A stretch of 32,000 nucleotides of DNA from Promethearchaeota archaeon (GTDB lineage Archaea; Asgardarchaeota; Odinarchaeia; Odinarchaeales; JBHLKK01), in contig JBHLPL010000006.1 of NCBI GenBank assembly GCA_048939465.1, positions 1,256 through 33,255 of the forward strand, given 5' to 3'. Shown one piece after another: positions 8,888 through 17,751 of this stretch. Every line of letters starts with the position of its first letter. The first letter of the stretch is position 1. The position numbers and the translations under genes were made by a program. The notes under the pieces were generated by a model that saw only the letters and a program-made list of their open reading frames with translations, was not told the DNA's origin and made no database searches.

Positions 8888-10088
8888 AGCAGACTTTCCC
8901 ATTTTGAGAAAGCGAAGGAAAAGAGATGATAAACCGTGCATATATCTTGATAATACTGCGACAAGCCTGAAGCCCAGGCAGGTGATAGAAGCAATTGTGG
9001 ATTACTACGAAAATCACTGTGCGAATATCCATCGTGGGGTCTACAGACTCTCTCAAGAAGCCTCCAGACTTTACGAAGAAGCTCATGATACGGTTGCCAA
9101 ATTCATAGGTGCAAGGAATAGGACTGAGATGAGTTTTGTTAAGAATACAACAGAGGCAATAAACTACGTAGCGTATGGAATTGATTGGAAGCCTGACGAC
9201 ACGGTCATAGCCTCGGTCATGGAACATCACAGCAACATTGTTCCCTGGCATCTAATAAGAGAGAAATTCGGGATAAAGATAAAATACGTGCCTTTGAGAG
9301 ACAACTGGTACCTTGATATTGACCAGTTGGAGGCATTAATTGATGACAAAACCAGACTTGTCACAGTAACTCAAGTATCCAACGTCGTTGGCACCATCAA
9401 TCCAATTGAAAGGATATGCAAAATTGCTCACGATCATGACGCTCTATGTCTTATTGATGCTGCCCAAGCAGTCCCTCATATGCCGGTAGATGTCAAAAGG
9501 ATCGGGTGCGATTTCTTGGCGTTCTCAGCCCATAAGATGCTTGGCCCCACCGGAATTGGGGGATTATACATTAAGGAAGGAATAGCGGAGCAGTTGTGTC
9601 CAACCTTAGGCGGAGGAGACATGATACGGAACGTCACACTGGAAAGCTGTGAATGGAACGTAATGCCTTGGAAATTCGAGGCAGGAACACCAAACATAGC
9701 AGGAGGAATTGGGCTCAAAGCTGCAGTAGATTACTTAAACAGCCTGGGTATGGAGTGGGTAAGGAATCACGAAAAGGAACTGACAGGATATATGCTGGAG
9801 CAGCTCGAAGGAATCCCGAAAGTCGAAATCTATGGGCCGCGAAATGTAGAAGAGAGGGGGGGTGTATGTGCATTCAATGTTGAAGGGTTGGATGCTCATG
9901 ATGTCGCCACTTTCTTAGATGAAATAGAGAACATAGCTGTCAGATCAGGAGTTCATTGCGCACAACCTCTACATAATACGCTTGGCATTCCAAGAACTGT
10001 GAGAGCATCCGTATACGTATATAATACGAAAGAAGAGACCGAGAAACTGTGCGATACCTTGAAAACAATATCTGAAGAACTAGCATAG
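8865..10088 (+). CDS. sufS: Cysteine desulfurase, SufS (group II)
   Basis: IRADFPIL, LDNTATSLKP, NIHRG, DAAQAVPH, FSAHKMLGPTGIG, KFEAGTPNIAG, catalytic RSGVHCAQP. TTG 8865 with SD GGGGTGGAG. Confidence 0.93.
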   Translation: MTKVEEIRADFPILRKRRKRDDKPCIYLDNTATSLKPRQVIEAIVDYYENHCANIHRGVYRLSQEASRLYEEAHDTVAKFIGARNRTEMSFVKNTTEAINYVAYGIDWKPDDTVIASVMEHHSNIVPWHLIREKFGIKIKYVPLRDNWYLDIDQLEALIDDKTRLVTVTQVSNVVGTINPIERICKIAHDHDALCLIDAAQAVPHMPVDVKRIGCDFLAFSAHKMLGPTGIGGLYIKEGIAEQLCPTLGGGDMIRNVTLESCEWNVMPWKFEAGTPNIAGGIGLKAAVDYLNSLGMEWVRNHEKELTGYMLEQLEGIPKVEIYGPRNVEERGGVCAFNVEGLDAHDVATFLDEIENIAVRSGVHCAQPLHNTLGIPRTVRASVYVYNTKEETEKLCDTLKTISEELA

Positions 10089-10341
10089 TTTAGAGCATTG
10101 CATTTCCTTTTGAAATACTGGTTTCTAAAAAGAAGCGCTACTATGTGCCTGCGGATCCTAAATAAGCTCGAACATTCAGTTAGATAATTTTCGGGGGGCA
10201 GTTCTAGAAAAACTGAGTAATTATCAATCAGAAATGCTCCTTCTTCAGTTTTACAGACTAGCTGTGAGTTAATCTTTATAATGAATCTTGTGCTCTAGTC
10301 TCAGTTGAATCAGAAACCAACTGAAATAAGGCCGGATCTGC

Positions 10342-11073
10342 ATGTTATCAAAGGATGAATTAGCGAGATATGATAGACAAATTAGATTGCACAAGTTTGG
10401 TGTGGAGGGACAGACGAAACTTAAGAGGACAAAGGCTTTTGTTGCCGGCATCGGCGGTCTTGGATCTCCTGTGCTGTCATACCTGACATTAGCCGGGATT
10501 GGTAGCATATACTTGGCGGATGGCGATGTCGTGGAATTGAGTAACTTGAATAGGCAAATCCTACACTGGACAAGGGACATAGGTAATAAGAAAGCTAGGT
10601 CGGCAAGAGACAAGCTTCTAGAAATGAATCCGAATGTCGAAACTAGAAGTCTCGCAGAAGTTATAACGGAGGATAACGTATCAGCGCTGGTCGGAGACAG
10701 TGATTTGATAGTTGATTGCATGGATAATTTCGAGACGAGATATTTGCTGAATCGAGTCGCATTGGAGAGGGAAATACCTCTTTTTCATGGAGCCGTCTAC
10801 GGCTTCGAGGGACAAGCTACAACAATTATTCCCGGAAAAACACCATGCCTGAGATGTATCTTTCCTGAAGCCCCGCCTAAAGAGGTTTTTCCAGTAGTCG
10901 GGGTCACGCCTGGTGTTATCGGTTGTATCCAGGCAATGGAAACAATAAAATATGTTGTAGGAATTGGAAACTTGATAATGAATAGGCTCTTAGTATTCGA
11001 TGGAATAGATATGGAATTTATGAATATTGAGGTTAAGAGAAATCCGAATTGCTCAGAGTGCGGAGATAGATAA
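10342..11073 (+). CDS. ThiF/MoeB/UbaA family E1-like adenylyltransferase
   Basis: RYDRQI, GIGGLG, DGDVVELSNLNRQ, DCMDNFETR, Zn pairs CLRC and CSEC. Confidence 0.92.
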   Translation: MLSKDELARYDRQIRLHKFGVEGQTKLKRTKAFVAGIGGLGSPVLSYLTLAGIGSIYLADGDVVELSNLNRQILHWTRDIGNKKARSARDKLLEMNPNVETRSLAEVITEDNVSALVGDSDLIVDCMDNFETRYLLNRVALEREIPLFHGAVYGFEGQATTIIPGKTPCLRCIFPEAPPKEVFPVVGVTPGVIGCIQAMETIKYVVGIGNLIMNRLLVFDGIDMEFMNIEVKRNPNCSECGDR

Positions 11074-11100
11074 TTCGTCGAGCGTCGAGATTCAGTGGAA

Positions 11101-12585
11101 TCATATTAGAACCAATGTTTTCGAGAATAACTTCTTGAGTTCAGATGATGGTTCGCTGCTTCTTCTAAGTATATTCAGAGTGATTTTAAGAATTGCAAAG
11201 GCAGCCAAGTCCGTGATTCTGTCTCCGCTTTCCGCGGCGTCCTTGGCTGTGCTTCTTATGATTTCAAAGAACTGCGTGTTCAGATCTCTTTTCTTCTCTT
11301 CAATCTCCGTGTTGAGTGTCCCCAAAATTGCACCTATGTTCAAGCTCATTGAGTTCAGATTCTGCGGCAAATCCGTCGATACGATTTCACATCCCTCAAG
11401 ACTTAGCACACGAATACCTGTTCGCCTTATTAGTATTCTTTTGATTGAAGGGTTATCCCTGATCTTAGTCAGTGTTCTTATGAGATGTTCAATCCCCTTG
11501 ACTAGCGTTTCTTGTCTTGTCTTTAAAAGATTCCTTGCAGATCTTATGAAAGGGAGAAATATCTCTGTATGCATGTATCGCTGATTCTTCGGGTCGCCTA
11601 TCCAGACTTCTTCCTCATCAATTGCATTTTTGGCAGCACTGTATGTACTGTCTTCCACATCCTGAATACCGGAGAAAATACTGCCTAACACATCCTTATA
11701 ACTCTCACTCGTAAGAGTGTTTCTGAAAGCTTTGCTTCCCTCTAGTCCTCTTGCCAGAGCAGTATCGAACTCACATATTCTTTTGAGATTCTCAAATAGC
11801 TTCGCCATAGATGAGAGCCCTTCAGAGACTCCTTGTATGATGATGTTTGAAGGAAGGCGCAGCGTTGGATCTACTTCTTCTTTTCCGTATCTTAGGAAAT
11901 CGTTATAAAGATGCATCACTTTCTCGTTTTCCTTTCTAGTACTTTGCATGACAGCCAGTGTCTTATCCATTTCCGCCTGTAATCCTTTTATGGCTTCCTT
12001 GTTCCTCTCAATGTTCTCCTTGAGGTCGAGTTTGTCTTGAGTCAATATTCTGATCTTGTGATTCAGTGCGTTGATTTGATTCGTCTGATCGACTGTTTTG
12101 TATGATAACTCAGCGTTTTCTTCCTTCAGCGCTTTTGTGTCTTCTTCAAGGAGGGTAATACGATTCTGTTTCTCGCTCAACTGATTCCGCATAGCGGAAA
12201 TTTCATCTTGCGTCTTGACCAGCTGAGTCACCGTTTCGTCAAGGGGGTGAAAAATCACATTAACACGATTCTTTAATTCATCGATTTTACCTTGGATCGT
12301 AACCTGTTTTTCTTGGATGCTCTCTCCTTTAATATCCTTCTCAATAGTCCGTATTACGGAAGAGACAGTATCACCTTCTCCCTTTGGCAATTGACCGGTT
12401 AGCAAAAGCTGATTTAGCTGTCTCTTTAGCATATCAATACTATCATTAACCTTGGCAATGCTTTCTTTTTGCCCCAGCATATCCAAATCGATTCTTTTTG
12501 TCTCTTTGACGATTTCGGATAGTTGAACAATTAGTTTCTTCAGATTGTCGTACGCATTTCTAAGTGATTGGGGCATTTCTTGCAT
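11101..12585 (-). CDS. Long coiled-coil protein, third gene of the tubulin operon
   Basis: 494 aa; continuous heptad region of ~100 aa (QDEISAMRNQLSEKQNRITLLEEDTKALKEENAEL...GLQAEMDKTL); SD GGTGA; starts 29 nt after the tubulin stop. Confidence 0.8.
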   Translation of the reverse strand: MQEMPQSLRNAYDNLKKLIVQLSEIVKETKRIDLDMLGQKESIAKVNDSIDMLKRQLNQLLLTGQLPKGEGDTVSSVIRTIEKDIKGESIQEKQVTIQGKIDELKNRVNVIFHPLDETVTQLVKTQDEISAMRNQLSEKQNRITLLEEDTKALKEENAELSYKTVDQTNQINALNHKIRILTQDKLDLKENIERNKEAIKGLQAEMDKTLAVMQSTRKENEKVMHLYNDFLRYGKEEVDPTLRLPSNIIIQGVSEGLSSMAKLFENLKRICEFDTALARGLEGSKAFRNTLTSESYKDVLGSIFSGIQDVEDSTYSAAKNAIDEEEVWIGDPKNQRYMHTEIFLPFIRSARNLLKTRQETLVKGIEHLIRTLTKIRDNPSIKRILIRRTGIRVLSLEGCEIVSTDLPQNLNSMSLNIGAILGTLNTEIEEKKRDLNTQFFEIIRSTAKDAAESGDRITDLAAFAILKITLNILRRSSEPSSELKKLFSKTLVLI

Positions 12586-12614
12586 GGTATCACCATCAAA
12601 GAGCGAGGCATAAC

Positions 12615-13889
12615 TTACCCACTTTTTAGATTGTCGTAGGTCTCAATTATGTGTTGAAAAGTATCCCTTGCCTCTCTCAACTGATCTCTTGACACTCCTT
12701 CTTCCTCGTAGTGGCTTATATACCAGTTTCTCTCAAAAAGCGAATCGAAGTTCTCCAGAACATGTTTGAATGCATCGGTTATTGCTACGTTGTTTGCAAG
12801 TAGCGTAATCTCTTTTTCGAAACCGGTGGGACTGCTCTCGCAGATGCCATATTTTAGGCCTAAGTCTGGATGAACTCCAGGAACATAGTCCACAGTAGCT
12901 CTTATCTCATTCATAATATTGTAGATATTGTCTATTGATATTTCGCCCCGAAACATTATAACGGAAGATATTGCTGAGCCTTTATCATTACAGCTAACCA
13001 TGAAATGGCTTGGGTCAAAACAACGTTCTATAAGATCTAATTCTGTAGCATCTTTCCCTTCTTCCTTGGTCAGGGGAGCCACCGCAGGAATGATGAACTT
13101 TGTCTCGGGAAGCGCAACCAAATTATGAGCCATCTCCATAAGATCCATATTCAGCTGTCCTGGGAATCTGAGAGACGCAGTTATGGATGCCATGACTCTG
13201 CCTATCAGAAAGTTAAGGTCAGAGAATTGCTTTATGAAGGGTTGATTAAATATATCCTTCACTATTCGCATCAAAGCACTGTTATCGAACATGACGCATA
13301 TGTCTGCATGTTTCATTAGATGGGTTATACTCAAAACCGTGTTGTAAGGAGCTATTGTGATGTCGTTCATACGAGCGGGCAAGACACTGAACGTCATAAC
13401 ACCTTTTTCCGGAAACTCCTTCTTCAGCGTTTCAGCAATTAAGGAACCAAACCCACTTCCAGTACCTCCGCCAAGCGTATGGATTATTATAAAACCCTGT
13501 AATGTGTCTGGGACTGTGGTTTTGATTTTCTCTAGGAGGTTTGGGATTAATCGCTTCCCAAGCTTATATCCCGTGGCCCAGACGTTATGAGCCCCCGAAT
13601 AACTGAGTAACATAAGCTCTTCTGAAAAGAATTTATCAAGACCTTTTTCGCGTACCAGAAACTCAACGGCCAGTGGCTCGAGGTCAATGAACAAAGATCT
13701 TGGATGGAACCCATCCGGTGATTCGACGAGGAAGACAGATTTGTAGTCAACAATATCGGAATCCTCTTCCTTCTTCTGCAGAGTCTTCATGTCAATTCCA
13801 TGTTCCGAGCATATAGTATTCCAGAAATTATAACCTATTTGATTTCCGCCCTGCCCAACATGTAGGACAAGTATCTCTCTACCAGGCAT
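12615..13889 (-). CDS. Eukaryote-like tubulin, OdinTubulin-type
   Basis: MPGREILVLHVGQGGNQIG, FIDLEP, GAHNVWATGY, signature HTLGGGTGSG (GGGTGSG at 13452-13472), APYNTVLS, FDNSAL, SITASLRFPGQLNMDLMEM, WYISHYEEEG. The alternative ATG at 13895 adds ML. Confidence 0.95.
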   Translation of the reverse strand: MPGREILVLHVGQGGNQIGYNFWNTICSEHGIDMKTLQKKEEDSDIVDYKSVFLVESPDGFHPRSLFIDLEPLAVEFLVREKGLDKFFSEELMLLSYSGAHNVWATGYKLGKRLIPNLLEKIKTTVPDTLQGFIIIHTLGGGTGSGFGSLIAETLKKEFPEKGVMTFSVLPARMNDITIAPYNTVLSITHLMKHADICVMFDNSALMRIVKDIFNQPFIKQFSDLNFLIGRVMASITASLRFPGQLNMDLMEMAHNLVALPETKFIIPAVAPLTKEEGKDATELDLIERCFDPSHFMVSCNDKGSAISSVIMFRGEISIDNIYNIMNEIRATVDYVPGVHPDLGLKYGICESSPTGFEKEITLLANNVAITDAFKHVLENFDSLFERNWYISHYEEEGVSRDQLREARDTFQHIIETYDNLKSG

Positions 13890-13906
13890 CAGCATCGCCT
13901 CTCATT

Positions 13907-15547
13907 CTATTCCAAACTAGATTTCTTTCTTGTTGAGTAAATTCTGTGTAGTTTTTTTGTAATGGTCTTACATGACGCATCATTTGATACGTATTTTGCA
14001 AAATACTCGTAAATATCATCGTAAGTGACATTGCCCATAAGCTTTTCTTTCAGCATCTCCACGCTCACAACAACGGAAAGTTCATCTGTATCAATGACGG
14101 TAACCGACGGATTGTAGGCGACGTAGATTCTCAGAACAGGATCTGAAACCGCGTTGACTTCTCCTCTTTTTATCCATCCACGCTCACCAAAACCTTTCAG
14201 CGCATTATTCACAAGGTCAATATCCTCTTCGTAAAGTGTTATTGGAAGAACGCCATGCGTTATGAAGTCCTCGCCGGTATATTTCTGTGGAATGCAGTCC
14301 ACAAACATCGATATGCCTCTTATAGTTTCCTTGTTTATCCTTGAAGATCTCATTCGTATGCAGCTCTTGAGGGGTTCGTATGCCTCGATTAGGAAGCTTC
14401 CGAGCAACATGAGTTTTCGTTTAAGCTCATCCCAATCATAAGCGTTTCCATCTCCCTGAATCCATCTGTCCAGTATTATGTCAAAGTAGCTCATCAGCAA
14501 TGGAGAAGGGTTCTTTAGGTTTGAGAGCAGATCTTTGATATTCTTTATGCTCGTAGAGATCGGATCTGCGATCTCTTCTAACTTCTTAGCAAAATCTTTC
14601 TCTCTTTCAGCATATTCAGAATGATCTGTCTTAAAGCTGGATATGAGCAGGTTCATTAGCTTGACTGCTCCGTCGATATCATGATTCTTAAGAATCACCC
14701 TGGGACTGATTCCTGCAGAAACGAGCATTTGCACACCTCTAACCAGTGCGATTTCTGCGTCTTTCATGTTTTCAAGGATTGGGACAGCTTTCTGCAAATA
14801 CTCGTCATCAACTTCTTCCATTTGAACCTCAATCATGAACTTCTCAAGGAAGCTTTTCAGATTTCTGTTGAAGAATTTCTGCTCACTGTCAGTTATTCCT
14901 CGGACTTTCTCCGACATTTTCCTTAATTTGCTCATAACCTCAGAGCGAATCCTGATTCTTCTTTCCAAATCCCTTCTGAATTCCTTATGTTCAGAGAATT
15001 TCTTCTCAGCATTCCCTATGATTTCCAGAATCAGATCGTATTTCTCATCAACTGACTCTATGTTGCTCTTGCCTTCGGCGACCGCTGTCTTGAGCGGTCC
15101 AAGAGATGCGTTTATGCGAGATATCGCTTTTATGGCTTCGTCCATTCCTCCCCACGATAGGTCCATGCTCTTCATCATAGCTTCCAGACTATCAAATGCG
15201 ATCAAAATCTCCTCACAGCCTTTTTCCAGATCCTTCGCTCTGCTTAATACTGAATCTAGCAGCAAACCATCTCCTCGGTTTAATGTATTTTCCAGCGTTT
15301 TCAAATATGCCTCCAATTTCTTCAGCTTCTTTTTTGCGCCACCAAAAATGCCTCTTATTCCTTTCCGGACTTCTTTTACCTGCTTGGCTTCTGTTTTTAG
15401 CCCTTCTGCCCGTGACCGGAGTTCATTCAAATCTTGGGTTATTTGTCCGGGCACAAGACCTAAGGAGTCGGCCACCTTTTCCCTAAGCCATAGCCTTCGC
15501 ATAAACTGGTCAATTCTTTCATTCAAAGCTTTCTGAGCTTTTTGCAA
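13907..15547 (-). CDS. Helical/coiled-coil protein, first gene of the tubulin operon
   Basis: 546 aa; K/E/L-rich helical repeats over the first ~300 aa, small alpha/beta C-terminal domain; stop 11 nt before the first tubulin ATG; TTG start with GGGGTAGAAGG upstream. Confidence 0.78.
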   Translation of the reverse strand: MQKAQKALNERIDQFMRRLWLREKVADSLGLVPGQITQDLNELRSRAEGLKTEAKQVKEVRKGIRGIFGGAKKKLKKLEAYLKTLENTLNRGDGLLLDSVLSRAKDLEKGCEEILIAFDSLEAMMKSMDLSWGGMDEAIKAISRINASLGPLKTAVAEGKSNIESVDEKYDLILEIIGNAEKKFSEHKEFRRDLERRIRIRSEVMSKLRKMSEKVRGITDSEQKFFNRNLKSFLEKFMIEVQMEEVDDEYLQKAVPILENMKDAEIALVRGVQMLVSAGISPRVILKNHDIDGAVKLMNLLISSFKTDHSEYAEREKDFAKKLEEIADPISTSIKNIKDLLSNLKNPSPLLMSYFDIILDRWIQGDGNAYDWDELKRKLMLLGSFLIEAYEPLKSCIRMRSSRINKETIRGISMFVDCIPQKYTGEDFITHGVLPITLYEEDIDLVNNALKGFGERGWIKRGEVNAVSDPVLRIYVAYNPSVTVIDTDELSVVVSVEMLKEKLMGNVTYDDIYEYFAKYVSNDASCKTITKKLHRIYSTRKKSSLE

Positions 15548-15647
15548 ATGCCTTCTACCCCTTATTAAGAATGCGAGCTATCAAGCAAATCTTTGTAAGT
15601 ATTAAGACAAAAACCTTTCGTAATTATTACTAACCAAAGAGTTTCCC

Positions 15648-16481
15648 TCACAAGTCAGAATTCTCGAGAAGTTTCAGACCCTTCACGTGTATTTTAATAA
15701 CTGCAAAAGGAGATTTTATTGCGGATATGATATTAAATCCACAAGAGTGACTTAGCAATCTTTCTGCCGTTTTCAGTCCCTTTTTTGAGTAGGCCCTAAT
15801 AATCTTCTGAAATGGAGGACTTCGTCTATTAACGTAGTAGTAGGTGTTTAGTAAGCTCCATTTGGCAGCTTCCCGTATGAATCTTCCCGCTTTTCTATCA
15901 AGGAGAAATGCCAGAAAACCGGAGAGGCTAAGAAGAACGCACATTAACAGACTTTTAAGCCACTGCTTGATATCAATATCGTGCCTTCTAATACTACTTG
16001 AAATGTCATCTCCGAATACCGTTACAACATGACTCAAAACAGAGTTAAACACCAGTTTTGACGGGGCAAGAATCTTCCCGAAAGTCCGACTTATTGAAAA
16101 AACTCTTTTGAAATCTCCTCTTAAAATGTCACCCTTTCTACAAATAAAATGTGAGGCGAACATGCCTGTGGCTCTCTCAATAGCTCTAAACAGGCGTTCT
16201 ATTCTTGTCTTTGCAGGTCTGGAGAATCCCAGAGTTGTCTCAAGACCTTCAGCTATTCTATCAACTTTGTCAATTCTCCTCTGGCTAACAGGATCATCCA
16301 AGACTATTATCAAATCAAGGTCACTCTTTTCCGGGTCTGCGTATCCTTTCGCGTAAGACCCGAACAGCAGAATTGAGATTATTCTGTCAGCTGCTGCCTT
16401 TTTGACCATCCTGATCAGAGTATCCAAATAAGTTCTGGCCTTTTCAGGCAGTAAGATTGATCCCGGTTGTGCTTTTTTCAT
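15648..16481 (-). CDS. Pol-beta-superfamily nucleotidyltransferase domain protein with helical C-terminal domain
   Basis: SILLFGSYAKG...SDLDLIIV (hG[GS]-x-DhDh motif) in the N-terminal half. Confidence 0.8.
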   Translation of the reverse strand: MKKAQPGSILLPEKARTYLDTLIRMVKKAAADRIISILLFGSYAKGYADPEKSDLDLIIVLDDPVSQRRIDKVDRIAEGLETTLGFSRPAKTRIERLFRAIERATGMFASHFICRKGDILRGDFKRVFSISRTFGKILAPSKLVFNSVLSHVVTVFGDDISSSIRRHDIDIKQWLKSLLMCVLLSLSGFLAFLLDRKAGRFIREAAKWSLLNTYYYVNRRSPPFQKIIRAYSKKGLKTAERLLSHSCGFNIISAIKSPFAVIKIHVKGLKLLENSDL

Positions 16482-16953
16482 CTAAATCACTTGTGATTGC
16501 TGAGAGTCTCTGGGTTGAAGGTTCAGCCAATTTTACCCCGTAGGAGGGGGTGATGCTACGCGTGTGAGTTACTCAAGACTCCCTAAAGAGCATCCTTCTC
16601 CCTGCTTCATGCGTTTGAGGACACTTCGGCTTCAAAGAGATGAGGTTTCTGTACTGCTAATCCAGGGCTACACAGAAGGGCAAAACTTCTGTCTGATTCT
16701 CCGTACACTGTGTATCAGGCACTTACGTAGCTCTGTCAGGGGGAAATACCGTCAAGACCTGTGTTCTCAGATTGTGTCTTGCGCTCATGCCGCTGATCAA
16801 AGCTCCTCTTGCGAGTACCTTACCCAAAACCTAATTACCGAAAAATCATTTAAAGGTACCGCAACTCACTCTTTGCCTCTCGAGTTAAGAACGTTTGCGG
16901 AGAATGTAGTAAGGACTTCGCAATTCAGTTAGAGGATCACTGTATGCCTTCAT

Positions 16954-17565
16954 CTACACTGTTGCTCTTCTTGCCCGAGGAATCCTTTCAAGCTTTCTCT
17001 TCAGTCTTTCGAAATTAGTCCTCAGCTTTTCCAGAAGGGCATCAGCATTATCAAACTCCTCATCTATTATTGCTCTAAGGAACTTATTGACTTCAGAATT
17101 ATGCTTTCTTGAGTTATAACCAATTAATTCGAGAATAGCTTCAGTTCTATCCAGTGAGGATCTACAGCCTTCAGTCACTTTGTTAATCACTGAAAGATTC
17201 TTTTCCATTTCTGATGTAAGTTCTCTGTCTTGTTCCATAGCGCTTAGTGTGTATTCAAATCTCGGCAATACGAAGAGTCTTAATTTTGACTTCAGATCTT
17301 CCTTGCTTTCTAAGGTCTTGTATAAGACTTCCAATACTGATTTTGCATAGCAACAGACTTCTTTCCTCGCTTGTATCCACTTCTCAAGCGCTTTCAAGGC
17401 GACTAATGCTTCGGAGAAGGTTTTTATGAATTGATCAAGTCTGATTTCCATAATCGGACTTTCCGACTTTATAGGATCGGGGAAATTCAGAAAAATAAAG
17501 GATGTGCCATCCTTGATCATTCTGCGGAATTCCGATAATCTTTCCATGATGGACTCTTTGCTCAA
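16954..17565 (-). CDS. Hypothetical alpha-helical protein
   Basis: 203-aa ORF; amphipathic-helix composition; G-rich SD-like run upstream of TTG; no family recognised. Confidence 0.6.
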   Translation of the reverse strand: MSKESIMERLSEFRRMIKDGTSFIFLNFPDPIKSESPIMEIRLDQFIKTFSEALVALKALEKWIQARKEVCCYAKSVLEVLYKTLESKEDLKSKLRLFVLPRFEYTLSAMEQDRELTSEMEKNLSVINKVTEGCRSSLDRTEAILELIGYNSRKHNSEVNKFLRAIIDEEFDNADALLEKLRTNFERLKRKLERIPRARRATV

Positions 17566-17751
17566 CCTTTGTTCCCCCCAAAAAACGCTGACATTTCTTG
17601 GACTAGACCCTATTATCTTAAGCTAGACTCTAATATATTTATCGATATTAGTGATCATCTCCTTCTTTTAGAATCATTATTTGTCAAAAGTCGATCTTTG
17701 ACCAAAAACAAGGTCTCTTAAGCCAAGTCATGATTCCGGACGAGGATCCGA

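Noticed and set aside
11027-11584. 185-aa plus-strand ORF
   Set aside because: Antisense shadow of the coiled-coil gene, with Ser/Leu/Phe-rich composition typical of shadows.
14835-15536. 233-aa plus-strand ORF
   Set aside because: Antisense shadow of the 546-aa gene.
11101-15547. TubZ/TubR plasmid-type or phage partition system
   Set aside because: The tubulin is eukaryote/Odin-like rather than TubZ/PhuZ-like, and no small TubR gene, iteron array, integrase or phage genes were seen.
16564-16932. 122-aa plus-strand ORF in the gap, with a G-rich SD-like sequence upstream
   Set aside because: No recognisable motif, atypical composition and long SD spacing; a real or decayed gene cannot be excluded.
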